A model generated the notes under the pieces. The model had not been told where the DNA came from and ran no database searches. It saw only the letters and a list, made by a program, of their open reading frames with translations. Position numbers and translations under genes: made by a program. A stretch of DNA of 62,364 nucleotides, the filler included, from Pirum gemmata (Eukaryota): assembly GCA_002812295.1 (NCBI GenBank). It is 22 parts of 22 records of this genome, joined end to end, with 100 filler letters (N's around TTAATTAATTAA, not from the genome) between each part and the next. Parts side by side here need not be neighbours in the genome. Positions count along the whole stretch, not along the records: positions 43,296 to 45,748 come from PDIN01005990.1; positions 45,849 to 48,921 come from PDIN01005991.1; positions 49,022 to 51,520 come from PDIN01005992.1; positions 51,621 to 54,134 come from PDIN01005993.1; positions 54,235 to 56,748 come from PDIN01005994.1; positions 56,849 to 62,364 come from PDIN01005995.1; 16 more parts are not named here. One strand, given 5' to 3'. Below, piece by piece: positions 45,328 through 59,119 of this stretch (position 1 is its first letter; each line of letters begins with the position of its first letter).

Positions 45328-48300
45328 TTGGTAGCTTTTTCTAAATATGGTTAAGAAAACCTTAATATAGTAATAATTCTTGTTCCACGAACCAATCAAG
45401 TAAAAACAAAGCCGTTTATAAAATATTTTTTTGGTATAATTTAATTAACTTTTGTAAACTTAAAAACTACCTGTTTAATTTTTTACACCCAAAATTATAT
45501 TAATTGGGTACAATTTATTGTTATTTTGGAGATAAGAAAAAAGTAAAAAGTAAAAATAATAGTCTAGTAAAATAATAGTCTATTAGTAGGAATGAGCATG
45601 AGTTCACTATGAGTTAGTTCATTGTAAAAAAAAATAAAAATAAAAAAAATTACTTTACAATAAATAAATATAAATAATATTTAGAACACTAACATCCCAA
45701 CACCAGCAACACCAAAACCAACAACAACAACAACAACAACAACAACAANNNNNNNNNNNNNNNNNNNNNNNNNNNNNNNNNNNNNNNNNNNNTTAATTAA
45801 TTAANNNNNNNNNNNNNNNNNNNNNNNNNNNNNNNNNNNNNNNNNNNNTGTCATCATAAAATAAACAATAAATAGTGCCAAATTAATACAATATAAATCC
45901 ATTTAATTTAATTGGGTATATATTATTATCTAATTATTGATTTAAAAATGTCAACTTAAAGATTATAACCCTCCAAATAAATATTCTGAGTAACAAAATA
46001 AATGAAAAGCACGATATAATATTATAACGTGCTTTTCATTTATTTTGTCAATCCAAATATTTATTTCGTTGGTTCTAGTTATGATATTTAAATTGACTTT
46101 TTTAATTAAATGAATAAATGGATTTACATTTGGTAGACCGTCTCTTTTTTGTATATTTTATATAAATGATGACAAAATAACTGAAAAGCACAATGTTATT
46201 ATTAATATATATAAATTTATATATATTATTTCACTAGTTAAGTTCATGTTCCACAACCAAAAAAATTATAGAAATTAAAGCAACAACCGTCATGGATTAA
46301 GAAACAACGACAACCTACGTATATTAATACTAGACAACAACAACAATCTACTAGAAAACAAACAAAAATAATAATAATAACACCAACAACACCAACACCA
46401 ACAACACCAACACCAACTCCACCAACACTAACACCAACACCAAACAAATTACCCTACCGACTTAGCTATCTCGATAGTAGAAAACGCAAACAACAACATG
46501 AAATTCATCTAGTTATTAATACTAATTATTATTATTAATAATAAAAAAAAATAATAAAATAAAATACTATTCTGTATATTATAATATTATGTTATTTTGT
46601 AACATTTTTTTTTCTTACTATTGTGATATTGTGCTTTTCATTTATTTTGTCACTCCGAATATTTATTTGGTTATTTATAATATTTAAATTTATAATAAAA
46701 CATACCAAATTAAATAAAATGGATTTATATTGTATTAATTTGGTACTATTTAATGTATATTTTATGACGACAAGATAACTGAAAAGCACGATAACAATTC
46801 AATACGATCCAAGATGGTGTGAAAATTTCACGTATGATATATAAACATTTTTAGAAAAAAGTTTTACACTGTTTTGTTACCGTATTTAGCTAATTGTGGG
46901 ATTGCTACTCAACACAAATTTGTATTTTACGGCAGCACAGCGCAGTACACAGTTTCGACTCTCAAGTGAAAGAAAGAACTTGATTCTATGATAATGAAAC
47001 TTTATCATAACATTATACAGCTGTATACAGGCTTATAATACAGCTGATCATATATTTTTGACATTTTAATAGAAAATCAATTGCAAAGATTTCTTGAAAT
47101 ATTGATAGATGAGCATAGATTATAATTAAGGAATCATCCATAAAAGACTTCACCTAATCTTACCTATTTCTTGAAATATGATAAAACTGATAGATGAGCA
47201 TAGATACAAGAGTACACACACATATACAGTTTATCTACTCCAAATGATACACACTGTTTACAAAATACAACACACACCACAAACAACATGTATAATATTT
47301 TATTTATTGATCTCGAGCTAATATTAAATGTGGGGTGTGATGGAAAAATCGTGTTGTCCAGTTCAAAAACCGAAAGAAACATACCTAAATTATTGTTATG
47401 GTTAAGCTATCAGACATGTTTTAATTAATTAGGCATTAAAATTTTTATATTTAATTTTGTATTTTATAAACAAGTCCAATTATACACTTAAATTAAACAG
47501 TACCAAATTAAAGATTGAGAGGAAAACTGTAATGAAATAGTACCAAATAAATACATGTACAATGTAAATCCATTTAATTTAATTTGGTTTATTTTATTAT
47601 CTAAATTATATTTATTTACAAGTGTCAATTTAAATATTATTATAAACCTCCAAATAGTTAAGAGTGAAAAAATAAATGAAAAGCACGATTATATGAATTT
47701 ATATCCATGACTGCCGGTACATAGACTCCCCAGTCTACATAATTATATTATACTGTAGGCTGTATCTGATATAATATTATATAGACTTATATAATTATTA
47801 TTTATACTAAAGAGCAGCTACTGGACGGTCTGGACCTTGTACTGGTATACATACAATTATTTCTAAATATAGTTCTACAGTTCTATTATACCTATATTAT
47901 TATAAAAGGGCTATATCCATAGCTCTACTAGCTAGTAGTAGCTAGCTAGATTTCTAGCTGGGAGTAAGTGATATTATGTATCGTGCTTTTCATTTATTTT
48001 GTTACTCTGAATATTTATTTGGAGGGTTATAATATTTAAATTGACATTTTTAGATCAATATAAAGATAATAAAATATACCAAATTAAATTAAATGGATTT
48101 ATATCATATTAATTTGGTATCTATTGTATATTTTATGATGACAAAACAACTGAAAAGCACTAGACTAGACTATAGTGACAACTGACAAAGTCCAAGGAGT
48201 TTCTTGAAGGTTTCTTGAGCTTGAAAGTCGACGTCACAACACAAAAGCATGCTTTTTTTTCGGCCAAAACGGGTTAGGGTTAGGGTTAGGGTTAGGGTTA

Positions 48301-50570
48301 GTAGGGTTAGGGTTAGGGTTAGGGTTAGGGTCAGGGTCAGGGTTAGGGTTAGGGTTAGGGTTAGGGTTAGGGTTAGNCTGTTTATGTTTAATTGTATATT
48401 CAATATTTAGTAGTATCTATTATTATTATTATTAATATTATTATTATTTCGCCTGGTGCAAAAAATTTAAAAACGTTCGACTTTTGCGTTTCACCAGAAT
48501 TTTTAAGTTTTCGAATATAATCAGTGTAATAGGTACTTAATAGGTTTGAAATTTTGAAACATTATCATAAAAAAAAAAAAAGTGGAACTTTAATTAGTAA
48601 AAAACGTAGGACGTTTTTTGAATATTTGTACAATTCACCGCTAACTGGCGGTGAGGAATATTTTTACTATCTTGTTTTTCAATAGTGTTGTCGTTAGTAT
48701 CATCATTTATTTTTTTCGTTTTTATCTGTGATCACTTATGTTTATGATTTATTATATTTTGAATAGTGTCCAAGCTCAGCAGTATCGTCTTACTATGCGC
48801 ACTTCAAAACCAGAAGCCTCTAAACGGTTGGTAGAGCTTATCAAAACCCAAGCTTAGCCAAAAACCATTTATGTATATATATATATATATGTATATATAA
48901 TATATTTGTGTGTGTGTGTGTNNNNNNNNNNNNNNNNNNNNNNNNNNNNNNNNNNNNNNNNNNNNTTAATTAATTAANNNNNNNNNNNNNNNNNNNNNNN
49001 NNNNNNNNNNNNNNNNNNNNNCCCCCCGTCCTAACCCCCCGTCTATAGATTTTTTTTCAGTTTTTTTGTTGGTATTTGGTACTCTAACGAAATAAATGGG
49101 TCTTTTTTAGATAAGTTAGTTTATATAAAAAACCCTTAAAAAGTATCTAATTAATTATTTGAGGCCTACAAAAGTATAATCTGGTTGGCTATGATAAACA
49201 AAGGATAAACAAACAAAAAACAGCTCAAAAAACTCTACACAAAAAACTTGGATTTTAAAAACTAAGCCCGAAATAAACAAATAAAGAAATATATTTTCTA
49301 TTTTAAGAAGTATTGAAAGGCAGATCCAACCCAAAAACTGAAATAAGCGTACCAAATTAATATTATAGTGTACCTATTAGACATTTTTTAATTAATTTGG
49401 TACTTTTTACATAATATTTATTTTTAAAAAAAGATCAATTTTAGACTTAAAAACTACCAAGTTAAACATCGGTCTATAGCGGAATTTGTTAGTTTTTGAT
49501 TGGGCTATTTTTGGTAAAAACATGGAAAAAACTTGCCAAAAAAAAAATAAAAACTTTTAGGCATCAACAAAATATGATCTTTTTGACTTTTACTTGTTTT
49601 TTTTTTTTTTTTTTAGAATTTATATATTAAAAAAAAACCAAAGAAAGAGCAAAAAGGCAAAAAAGGCAAAAGAAAGAAAGGCCAAAAAGGCAACAATAAA
49701 ATCACATTTTTTTTAACGTTGTTGATAATACTAACTTTTCTTACATAATTAGATGCAATGTAATGTTAAAAAAATATAGTAGTCATTTTTATTTTTATTT
49801 GGTACTTTTAACTTGATTAGTTTAATATTAAAAATAATCCAAAACATACCCGATTAGCTAAAATGTAGCTATTAATTTGCAACTTATATTAATTGGGTAG
49901 CTTTTATTTCAATTTCTGCAAAAACTTTGAGAACTTTTTAGTGCAAAACTTCAGTGCAAAACTTTGCAAAACTGGGTGGACCCTACGATCCGTCGATCTG
50001 ACCCTACGATACTAAACTGAAGACAAAGCTAACCCTAACCCTAACCCTAACCCTAACCCTAACCCTAACCCTAACCCTAACCCTAACCCTAGTAGCTAGC
50101 AAGTGAACATCTTGCTTATTGTGTATATATATGAATCTTTTTTAATATTATTATTATTGTTATTATTATTATTAGTTATCATTTATTTATTATAATATTA
50201 TCATTATTTATTATCATTATTTATTATCATTATTTATTATCATTATTTATTATTATCATTATTTATTATCAATTATTTATTATTAATTATTTATTATCCA
50301 TTATTTATTATCCATTTATTTATTATCCATTTATTTATTATCAATTTATTTATTATCAATATATTTATTATCAATATATTTATTATCAATATATTTATTA
50401 TCAATTATTTATTATCAATTATTTATTATCAATTATTTATTATCAATTATTTCTTATCTTTATTTATTATCATTTATTTATTATCATTTATTTATTATCA
50501 CTTATTTATTATCATTAATTTATTACCATTATTTATGGCTTTTTTATTTTTTCATAATATATAAAAAATA

Positions 50571-50831
50571 ATGTCTGAGTGCTCTCCGCCACAAGATTGG
50601 CCTGTTATTACGCACAAGGGCTTAGAATTAAAAGAAGGGAAAAATGTTTTTAGTGAAACCACCAAAGATTTCATAGCTGGAACAATTGGGGTACTATAAC
50701 TACTCCCACTACTATTACAAAAAACACAAAGAAATACAGTTATTCATTACTATTATTATTACTATTATTATTATTATTCATAAAATTATTATCATTTATA
50801 AATCAATTTTATCTTTGCCACCACCACCACC

Positions 50832-50862
<31 letters not shown>

Positions 50863-51479
50863 TTACTACTACTTCTATTACTATTACTACTACTACTATT
50901 AGTAATACAACCACCACCACCACTACTACTACTATTACTACTATTACTANTTACTACTATTACTACTATTACTACTATTACTACTATTACTACTATTACT
51001 ACTATTACTACTATTACTACTATTACTTTTACCCCCACCTCACACCCACTCACCACTACTACACTACTACTACTGCTGCTTCTACTCCTACTATTCCTAC
51101 TACTCCTACTCCTACTACTTCTACTCCTATTACTTCTACTACTACTTCTACTACTTCTACTTCTACTACTACTACTACAACTACTACTACAACTACAACT
51201 ACAACTACAATTACAACAACAGCAACAACAACAACTACAACTACTACTACTACTACAACTACAACTACCACAACTACCACAACTACTACTAGAACTACTA
51301 CTATTTCTTCTACTACTATTTCTTCTTCTACTACTGCAGCTACTACAACTACAACTACTACAACTACTACAACTACTACAACAACTACTACTATTTCTTC
51401 TTCTACTACTACTCCATGAACTTATTATTATTGTATCTTTTATAAATATTTTGATAGGGCATGACTGGGGTGCTTGTAG
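50571..51479 (+). CDS. Mitochondrial carrier family (SLC25) protein, first two exons
   Basis: Exon 1 50571-50690 (MSECSPPQDW...SETTKDFIAGTIG) and a 22-nt exon 2 at 51458-51479 (GMTGVLVG) join to KDFIAGTIGGMTGVLVG. This is the TM1 signature preceding PxDxxK in carnitine/ornithine-type carriers. Splice sites: GTACTA, GATAG, GTATGT. Confidence 0.8.
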
Positions 51480-51912
51480 GTATGTCGAATTATTTCATCA
51501 TATTATTATTATTATTATTANNNNNNNNNNNNNNNNNNNNNNNNNNNNNNNNNNNNNNNNNNNNTTAATTAATTAANNNNNNNNNNNNNNNNNNNNNNNN
51601 NNNNNNNNNNNNNNNNNNNNTATTATTAATATTTTTATTATTATTTACTTATTAATTAATATCATATATATATTATAAATAATTATCTATTATTATTATT
51701 TATTTATGTACTATATTTATTATTATTTATCAAGACCGTACCACGTTTACCATGATAACATTCAAATTTTTAAATTTCTAAAACAATATATTATATATGT
51801 AATATATATTATATTTAATATTACAATATTATATGTATATTTATGTATATATAATTATAAGCTTATTAATTATGTTTACTAAACAAATTTATTTTTTTTA
51901 TTTTTGAAACAG

Positions 51913-52142
51913 GGCATGTTTACAAAAACTGTGTAAAGGAACACATCAGTGTAGCTGTAGTAGTCGAGGAAAACGAAAAATTGAAAAACAAACAAAACCA
52001 ATTTTGCAAAACCACTATATACCCGACTATTGATATAACAACCAGAAAAAAAACTCCCAATACCAGTCTGTTAAATGAAGAATTATATGATTTAAAATTA
52101 GAGGAATGGGATAAGTATTATGAAATTGAAGAGTTTATATAG
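51913..52142 (+). CDS. Probable terminal exon of an unknown gene
   Basis: Acceptor AAACAG, then an open frame HVYKNCVKEH...EEWDKYYEIEEFI*. A second frame is also open for ~40 codons, so the frame is uncertain. Confidence 0.4.
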
Positions 52143-52169
52143 GCGATTTTATTAATATTTTAAATTGAA

Positions 52170-52206
<37 letters not shown>

Positions 52207-52289
52207 TTCATAATAAGAATTTTTTTTTTATTATTACAAATGTTTTATAACTAAATTTCTCTGTGTGATCTCGGGTCAACACAATCAAG

Positions 52290-53051
52290 TTAGTTTCTGG
52301 CATTGCCAAAATTCCTTAAATTAGTAAAAAACTCAGAAATCTTAGTACTGCTAATATACTCAGAAATCTTCGCATTCCTTTCTGCAGATTTTTGGGTTTT
52401 TAACTCTGCCAATACAAGATGTAGTGGTTGTTGGTCATCGCTAAATAAAGAACTACGACACAGAGGGCACGGTATATAATGGCTGGTAGTACTCGTAGGA
52501 TGAACGTGTTGAAGACAACCTTTGCAAAAAACGTGACCACAAACCGTAACATACAAATTTTTATATTTTCCCTTTTCGAAGCAAATAGGGCACACTTCTT
52601 TTGCTTTCACCTTTAAGTTGTTTATTATAGCTTTGTAAGACTCACCAACACACCCTGTTGAATGCATAGCAGTTACAAAATTTTGAACTGGTTTTGTGTC
52701 AAGAGTGACAAATGCAAGGTAATAAATGTCATTCCTGTAAAATGGTTGACAAGAGTTAAGTTTGTAATCATTTATTGATTTTAGGATCTTACATTCTTTC
52801 TTTAGATAGAAGTTTTGTTTAAGTTTGCCCTTTTCCATCGAAAAATCATATGATTCACCAAAATGTTGCTTTTTGTTATAGCAACGGCCAAGCTGATATT
52901 CCGATGTATCCAATTGCGTAGAGCTGGAAAATGATGAACAATACTTTGAGTCATATTTTTTGATAGTAACTATATAATTTGAGTCCAAATCATTCTTTAC
53001 TGCTGCTACAGCTTTTAAAATTAGGATTGCAATGTAAATGTAAAACAGCAT
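52290..53051 (-). CDS. Signal-peptide protein with a C-terminal RING-HC (C3HC4) finger resembling the Rad5/Rad16-type SNF2 RING insert
   Basis: Intronless 253 aa. Hydrophobic N-terminus MLFYIYIAILILKAVAA, then CPIC...CGHVFCKGC...CPLCR followed by YISSTKISEF. Confidence 0.8.
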   Translation of the reverse strand: MLFYIYIAILILKAVAAVKNDLDSNYIVTIKKYDSKYCSSFSSSTQLDTSEYQLGRCYNKKQHFGESYDFSMEKGKLKQNFYLKKECKILKSINDYKLNSCQPFYRNDIYYLAFVTLDTKPVQNFVTAMHSTGCVGESYKAIINNLKVKAKEVCPICFEKGKYKNLYVTVCGHVFCKGCLQHVHPTSTTSHYIPCPLCRSSLFSDDQQPLHLVLAELKTQKSAERNAKISEYISSTKISEFFTNLRNFGNARN

Positions 53052-53270
53052 TTTTTTGAGTTTTTTTTAAAAAAAGTTAGAACAATATTATAAGTTATCC
53101 TAAGCAATATATAAATAAGGGAAGAAAAGCTTGTTGAGGTTTCAAAAAAAAAAAAAAATTATAATTTGTTTGTGTTTGTTTTTTTAGAATTTCCCTATTT
53201 TTATACTAAAAAAAAAAATACCAAAAATAATTAGTATTTTAAATTTTTTTTAAAGTGTTTCTTTTCTTTC

Positions 53271-53302
<32 letters not shown>

Positions 53303-53306
53303 TGAC

Positions 53307-53347
<41 letters not shown>

Positions 53348-56300
53348 AAAAACGTAAACCTATCATAGCTAAAAATTAAGAGGAGGATGATATTATTCCT
53401 AATAATGGAATCTTCTAAAAAAGTGAAGAGACGGACTAGAGACGGTTCCAAAGACATGTTGGTAGTTTTATTCAATTCAAAAATTGCAAAAACGTAACAA
53501 ATTATATTATTATAGAGCTATTATAGTAAAATTATCGGACTTTTTTTTTTTTTTGGTATCATATATTTATAAAATGAAATCGACGAAACAAACGAATACA
53601 AGGCTTATCGTAGTAATAAATTTCCAAATGTGGAAGTTTGGACTCATCTTCGGATGATCTTCCTCCTTCCACCCACTAGCTGGATACCACTAGACTACTA
53701 GTAGCTAGCTAGTCTATAGAGTGTCTACAGTTTAGTCTACTCTACTCGACTCTACTCCTGAAATTTAACGCTGGTTCTCAAATCTGAAATGGCTATGTTT
53801 TTTTTGTAGGTACGTTTTTTTTTTTGGCTATTGATATGATTTTTCAACCAAAAAAAGGTAAGTATCATACCAAATTTGCCCCTTCCAGTCCCTTGCCCCA
53901 ATTCGAAAAAACAGAAAAAACAAAGCCAAAAAAACCCATCCAAATTTTGGCTATGTTTTTTGAAGTTTGATTTTTCAAACTTAAAGAATTTCAATAAGCT
54001 CGAGCTTACCTTGATCGAAAACATTCGAGCAAAAAAAAAACATAGCCATAAAAAATTATTTGTAAAACTTAGTGTAGTTTATTTATAAATATATTTATTA
54101 GTATTTTAAATTTTATTTATAAGTTATCTTAAAANNNNNNNNNNNNNNNNNNNNNNNNNNNNNNNNNNNNNNNNNNNNTTAATTAATTAANNNNNNNNNN
54201 NNNNNNNNNNNNNNNNNNNNNNNNNNNNNNNNNNATTATTATTATTATTATTCTTTTTTTTAATTTTTATTTATGTAGTTTTCGCACATCGTTCTCAGTT
54301 CTTACTATTATCATTATCGGATATTCTTATTAGTATACGGTAGCTAGCTAGTAGCCTAGATAGCCTAGCTAGACTTCCAGTATCTTCCAGTCTACTGAGC
54401 ATATTCCTGCTTATTCCACCTTGGATCCTAAGCTAGACTATATGAAAATTACTTGTCTATAAGTAAGTAACACAACAATAAAATTTTATTATTTATACAA
54501 AACACTATCAAAAGTTCAAACCCCAAAGATAATCAAATTATCACGGCCACGTGGTCGTGAAATTATCGACTTAGTCTATACAAAAGTACAAGAACTTTTT
54601 TCTTGAAGTCCTTGAAAACAATGAAAAAAATGACTTACTGAATGTCACAAATAAAAAAAAAAAAAGTAAAAAATACAATTCCTGACTAGCAATTCCAGAG
54701 TTTATCATAGTAGTAGTATGATTGTAGTTTTGATTATGATTTCATATCGATATCAGATAGTAGAGTAGAATATAGAACTGTAAGGTGCAATGGAGCATCC
54801 ATAAGAGCAATTTTCGAGTTTTTTTGTGTTCGGCTTAATTTGATAAAACAAATAGTCCGAACATAATTGTAGACTATGTTCAAAAAAAGATTGTATTGAT
54901 TGGTCGAATTGCTTTTTAAAAATATTTTCGGATTAGTCAAGGTCCCCCAAGGACTTCAAAAAGTTTTTTTTTTGAAGTCCTTGGATTAGTCTAAATAAAT
55001 TGTGATCAATACATTATATTATTGGTACTCACATACTTATTGATATAATATATTGTTTTTTTAAAATATATATATTTATTATTTTTTTAAAAAAAAAATA
55101 TAAAAAATAATAATACTAGCAAGGCTGCTAGCTTAATGGTATGTTACACCAACTTAATGTCGTATTTTAAACAAGTTCAATTATACACTTAAACAGTACC
55201 CAAATTAAAGGTTAAGAGGACAACTGTAATGAAATAGGCGATAGTAGAGTCTACTCTTGCCACCAGTGACGTAGTCTAATAGCTACTAGTTAGAGACAGA
55301 GGCAGAAACAGAAAAAAAATAAGGATGAGGGAATAAAGTTAAAATAGGTTGTTCATATTATAACGTAATTTTATGTAATGCAATATAAATGGTTAAAGCA
55401 TTAGATTTTTCGATTCCATAGAAATTTAAACCGGAAAGGGATGAAAACAAAAACTGTGCTAATCGATGCAAAACTCTGATGCTAACTTATATTTTAATTC
55501 TTCCATCATTCTAGTATGGGACTGAAAAGCATCAATGTATCCTCGCGCAGATATCATTGTTCAATATACATACAGGTTATATCTGTTTCACTTACAATCA
55601 TTGCAAGGGTATTTTCGATTCGAAACTAATTCAAGTTTCTAATTAAAAAAGCAGATCTAGTAGAGCTCTTTTTTCCTTTGAGGAGTTTCTTGAATTTTCA
55701 GACAAATTCTAATTATGAACAGTGATTAGACCAGGCACATATGGTTTATCAACGCCAGAACTTGAACGAGCCAATGATTTTTTATCAATTTTGTTCTGTT
55801 TGATTTGGATTGGGATGAGATCATACAGCAATTCGTGAGGTTCTTTTGTAGCCTATTTCAGTCACACATTTTATCACTAAAACCTATGCCTAAAAACCTT
55901 TATTACCAAATCCCACCCTTCCCTATAGCGATTATTTTCTAGATAATTGGTACTTTTCAAGAGCTATTGCATTTTGTGAATCGAACCAGGAATAAATAAA
56001 ATATTTCTCTCGTATTATATTCTGAAGTATTAGCGTCGGTGATCGATAATGCAAGGTAACTTAAACATCGAAAAAGAACAGAGTGTAGCATTTGAAAAAA
56101 TAGTTAATTTCTAAACATCGCAGTAAACGAAGGCCGTGCATCACATTAAAAGGGGACATTGAATCGTTCTACTTAATCTCCTTTATTTGACAACTCCATA
56201 AAAACGAATCCATGTTTTGCGTTTGATTTGGTTTGTACTGTCATACTGTAATTACCATTATTTATTCGTAATTATGACCAACATTTTAATGATTAATAAA

Positions 56301-56932
56301 ATATTGTAGCTACCAATACAGCAATAAGAATAAAACCAATATCATAGTCATAAATATATCCAATATTATAAAAATAATTTATAAGCCTATAAACAATAAC
56401 AAGTAAAAGAATTAATAAATATCAAGAATTCTACGTCCAAACCACACTAAATCTCTGGAGGTCTGTAGCTAAAATGTTTTATCTTGATTGGCTCTGAAGC
56501 AAAGCTGTACTCTATTTTGGCATAAGCGAAGTTGGATCTAATAAATAAAATAATACATTCAGTATATTGGAAATGAAAAAGAATTATGAATAACCAAAAG
56601 TAATTAGGATATTGTAAAGGACAGATCAGGAAAAAGAGGAAAAGGAAAAAAGGAAAAAAGGGGAAAAGGGGGAAAAAGGGAAAGGGGAAAAAGGGAAAGG
56701 GGGAAAAAGGGAAAGGGGGAAAAAGGGAAAGGGGGAAAAAGGGAAAGGNNNNNNNNNNNNNNNNNNNNNNNNNNNNNNNNNNNNNNNNNNNNTTAATTAA
56801 TTAANNNNNNNNNNNNNNNNNNNNNNNNNNNNNNNNNNNNNNNNNNNNTTGGAAAAGAATTTGAAGTTTGTGATCATATGTAAGCCCGACCCTGACCCTG
56901 ACTTGACTTATTATTTTGAAAAACTATTTAAG

Positions 56933-57142
56933 GTAATGAACGAATGGACTAAAATGTCGAAATATCAAGACGGGCCTATAGGTATTGTTAAACCTGGAGC
57001 TTATGCTGATATAATTGTAGTTGATGGCAATCCACTGGAAAACATTGAACTTATTAAACGTGACAACATCAAAATGGTCGTTAAAGATGGTAAAACTTAC
57101 AAATATACTCTTTCCAAAGAGTTGTTGCGAACAAACATATAA
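56933..57142 (+). CDS. Metal-dependent amidohydrolase family protein (HutI/Xaa-Pro dipeptidase-like), terminal exon
   Basis: Acceptor TTTAAG, then VMNEW...GPIGIVKPGAYADIIVVDGNPLENIELIKRDNIKMVVKDGKTYKYTL, the GxIxxGxxADxxxVDGNPL C-terminal signature. Confidence 0.85.
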   Translation, partial: VMNEWTKMSKYQDGPIGIVKPGAYADIIVVDGNPLENIELIKRDNIKMVVKDGKTYKYTLSKELLRTNI

Positions 57143-57863
57143 TGACTTGTTTGGTAATATACTTAAGTCCAGAACATATTTCGGTATGATTTTATTGAGG
57201 AAATTGAGGAGGTGTTAAGCAAATGGAATTTACCAGAAGACTTGTTTACAAGTAAAATTCTTCTCTTATCACAATTTAATTAAAAAACGAGGAGGTTGTA
57301 CTGAGGTTGTACTCTGAGGCTGTACCTGCAGATTCTCCAAAAAAAGGGAAAAGATTGATGTAGGGGTTAGAGTTGATAAAAAAGACTTGATTAAAACTGA
57401 AAAATAAAATAACTATATATATATATTATATAGGTTGGTTTATCAAAGTTTTTAATAACCGAGTTATGAAATCGAGCAAATGAATGATAAATTCTTTCTG
57501 GTGCAGTCGACTCGGGTTATTAAAAAATGAGGTATGATAAGTATATATAAAATATACAAGAACTTATTTTCTTTTCTTCCTAATTATAGAATTGAAATGA
57601 AAAGTTTACAAGCCCAAGCTGCGGCCCAAACCAACACATAAAGTACATAAAAACCAATTTACTTTTTCATTCAGTTTGTCACTCTGAATGTGTATTTGGT
57701 GGGTTATAACCTTTAAATTGACATTTTGAAATGAATGAATAGATAATAATATATACCATATTAAAGGAAGTGGATTTATATGGTATTGATTTGGTATTAA
57801 TTCGGTACTCTATTGTATAGACTATATGTTTTATGCAGTGGTAATAGCAAGTAGTAAAGTAGT

Positions 57864-58098
57864 AGGAGGGATGAGATGACGTCATCTTACCAATTGGATG
57901 CTCGGACCGGCGAACTTCCAGAAATTTGCCTAAAGTTACTATAAATAGTATAATAAACTCTTTTTAAAGTAACTACTTAAATAGGTAGTTAGTAAATAAA
58001 TAATTACAAATACTAAATATGGTAAGGCGAAACAGGCGAACAACATTTACTTTGTGCCTCGGTCAAAAAAGTTCGCCGTAAGAGTTCTCACCCCTCCT
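57864..58098 (+). mobile_element. MITE family C (235 bp)
   Basis: Near-identical to 41067-41300. No clear TSD. Lies between two family A copies. Confidence 0.9.
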
Positions 58099-58383
58099 AA
58101 TATTATTGTGCTTTTTCCAGGTGCTTTTTCAGTGGTTTTGTCATCATAAAATAAAAAATAAAAGGTACCAAATTAATACAATATAAATCCATTTTATTTA
58201 ATTTGGTATATTTTATTATATATTTCTTCATTTAATAATGTCAATTTAAATATTATAACCAACCAAATTTTTTTCTTTCTATTTTTAGATTTTTTTTAGC
58301 CTTTTTAGTTTACTTACAATTTTTTTCTTGTACTTTGGTTGGCTGGAGATGAAAAAATCACATCAAAAAACTCTGTCAAAAAA

Positions 58384-58530
58384 GGGAACGTTCAAATAAT
58401 ACGTCACGTCAAGGGGCAGATAAGTAGGTGGTATTTGACCGGAAATTTACGTCGAGGGGTAGGTAGGTAGGGGTATTTGAAGTTGTATTTGACAGGATAT
58501 TGGTTATTAAAGTAGTATTTGAGCGCTCCC
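58384..58530 (+). mobile_element. MITE family G (PIF/Harbinger-like ends)
   Basis: TIR GGGAACGTTCAAATAATAC ... GTAGTATTTGAGCGCTCCC with a GGTA-rich interior. Second copy at ~44945-45065. Confidence 0.65.
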
Positions 58531-59088
58531 AAACTAATTCTGCTCTGTTTAAAAATCGAGATTTCGAGTCTATATATTAATTAATAAGTTCGAAATGTGT
58601 AAGCTTACAATTAAGTATTCAAATAATAAAAAAGACTCAAAAAATACGAAAAAATTTTTTTTTTCGAACGGAGCTGAATTTTGGCTTTTTTGACAGAAGA
58701 AATTCGAGTTTTCGGGTTTGAGCAGAATTGGGCTTCAACGAGTCTTCAATGACTCTTCAAAGTCTTCATTGACTCTTCAACGGCTTCAATGCTTCGGCGA
58801 GGACAAAGTGATGTAAAAATTGCATCCTTATTTGAAAAGTACTATATTTGCAAAATAATACCATATTTAGAAAACTGCGCACGATTCTGCGCTATTATTA
58901 GTCCCATCAGCCATCATCTAATCTTACTTGTCCAAAACACTTTTGGTCATAATTTTAAAGTTCATTTTAATAATTAATTACTACCTAAAACAGTTTAAGT
59001 CACACTTTTGGACAATGACTTCTATCAAAGAATAAGTGACGTCCTTTATGAATGTTCCCAGTAAATAACTAGACTATCGTAGTCTAAC

Positions 59089-59119
<31 letters not shown>

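Noticed and set aside
55380..56280. Higher-complexity region resembling coding DNA
   Set aside because: No ORF of 60 aa or more, frequent stops in the frames I read and no motif recognised. At most an old pseudogene.
56636..56748. Purine-only (GGGGAAAAAGGGAAA)n tract, a G4/triplex candidate
   Set aside because: A simple repeat at a contig end with no evidence of function.
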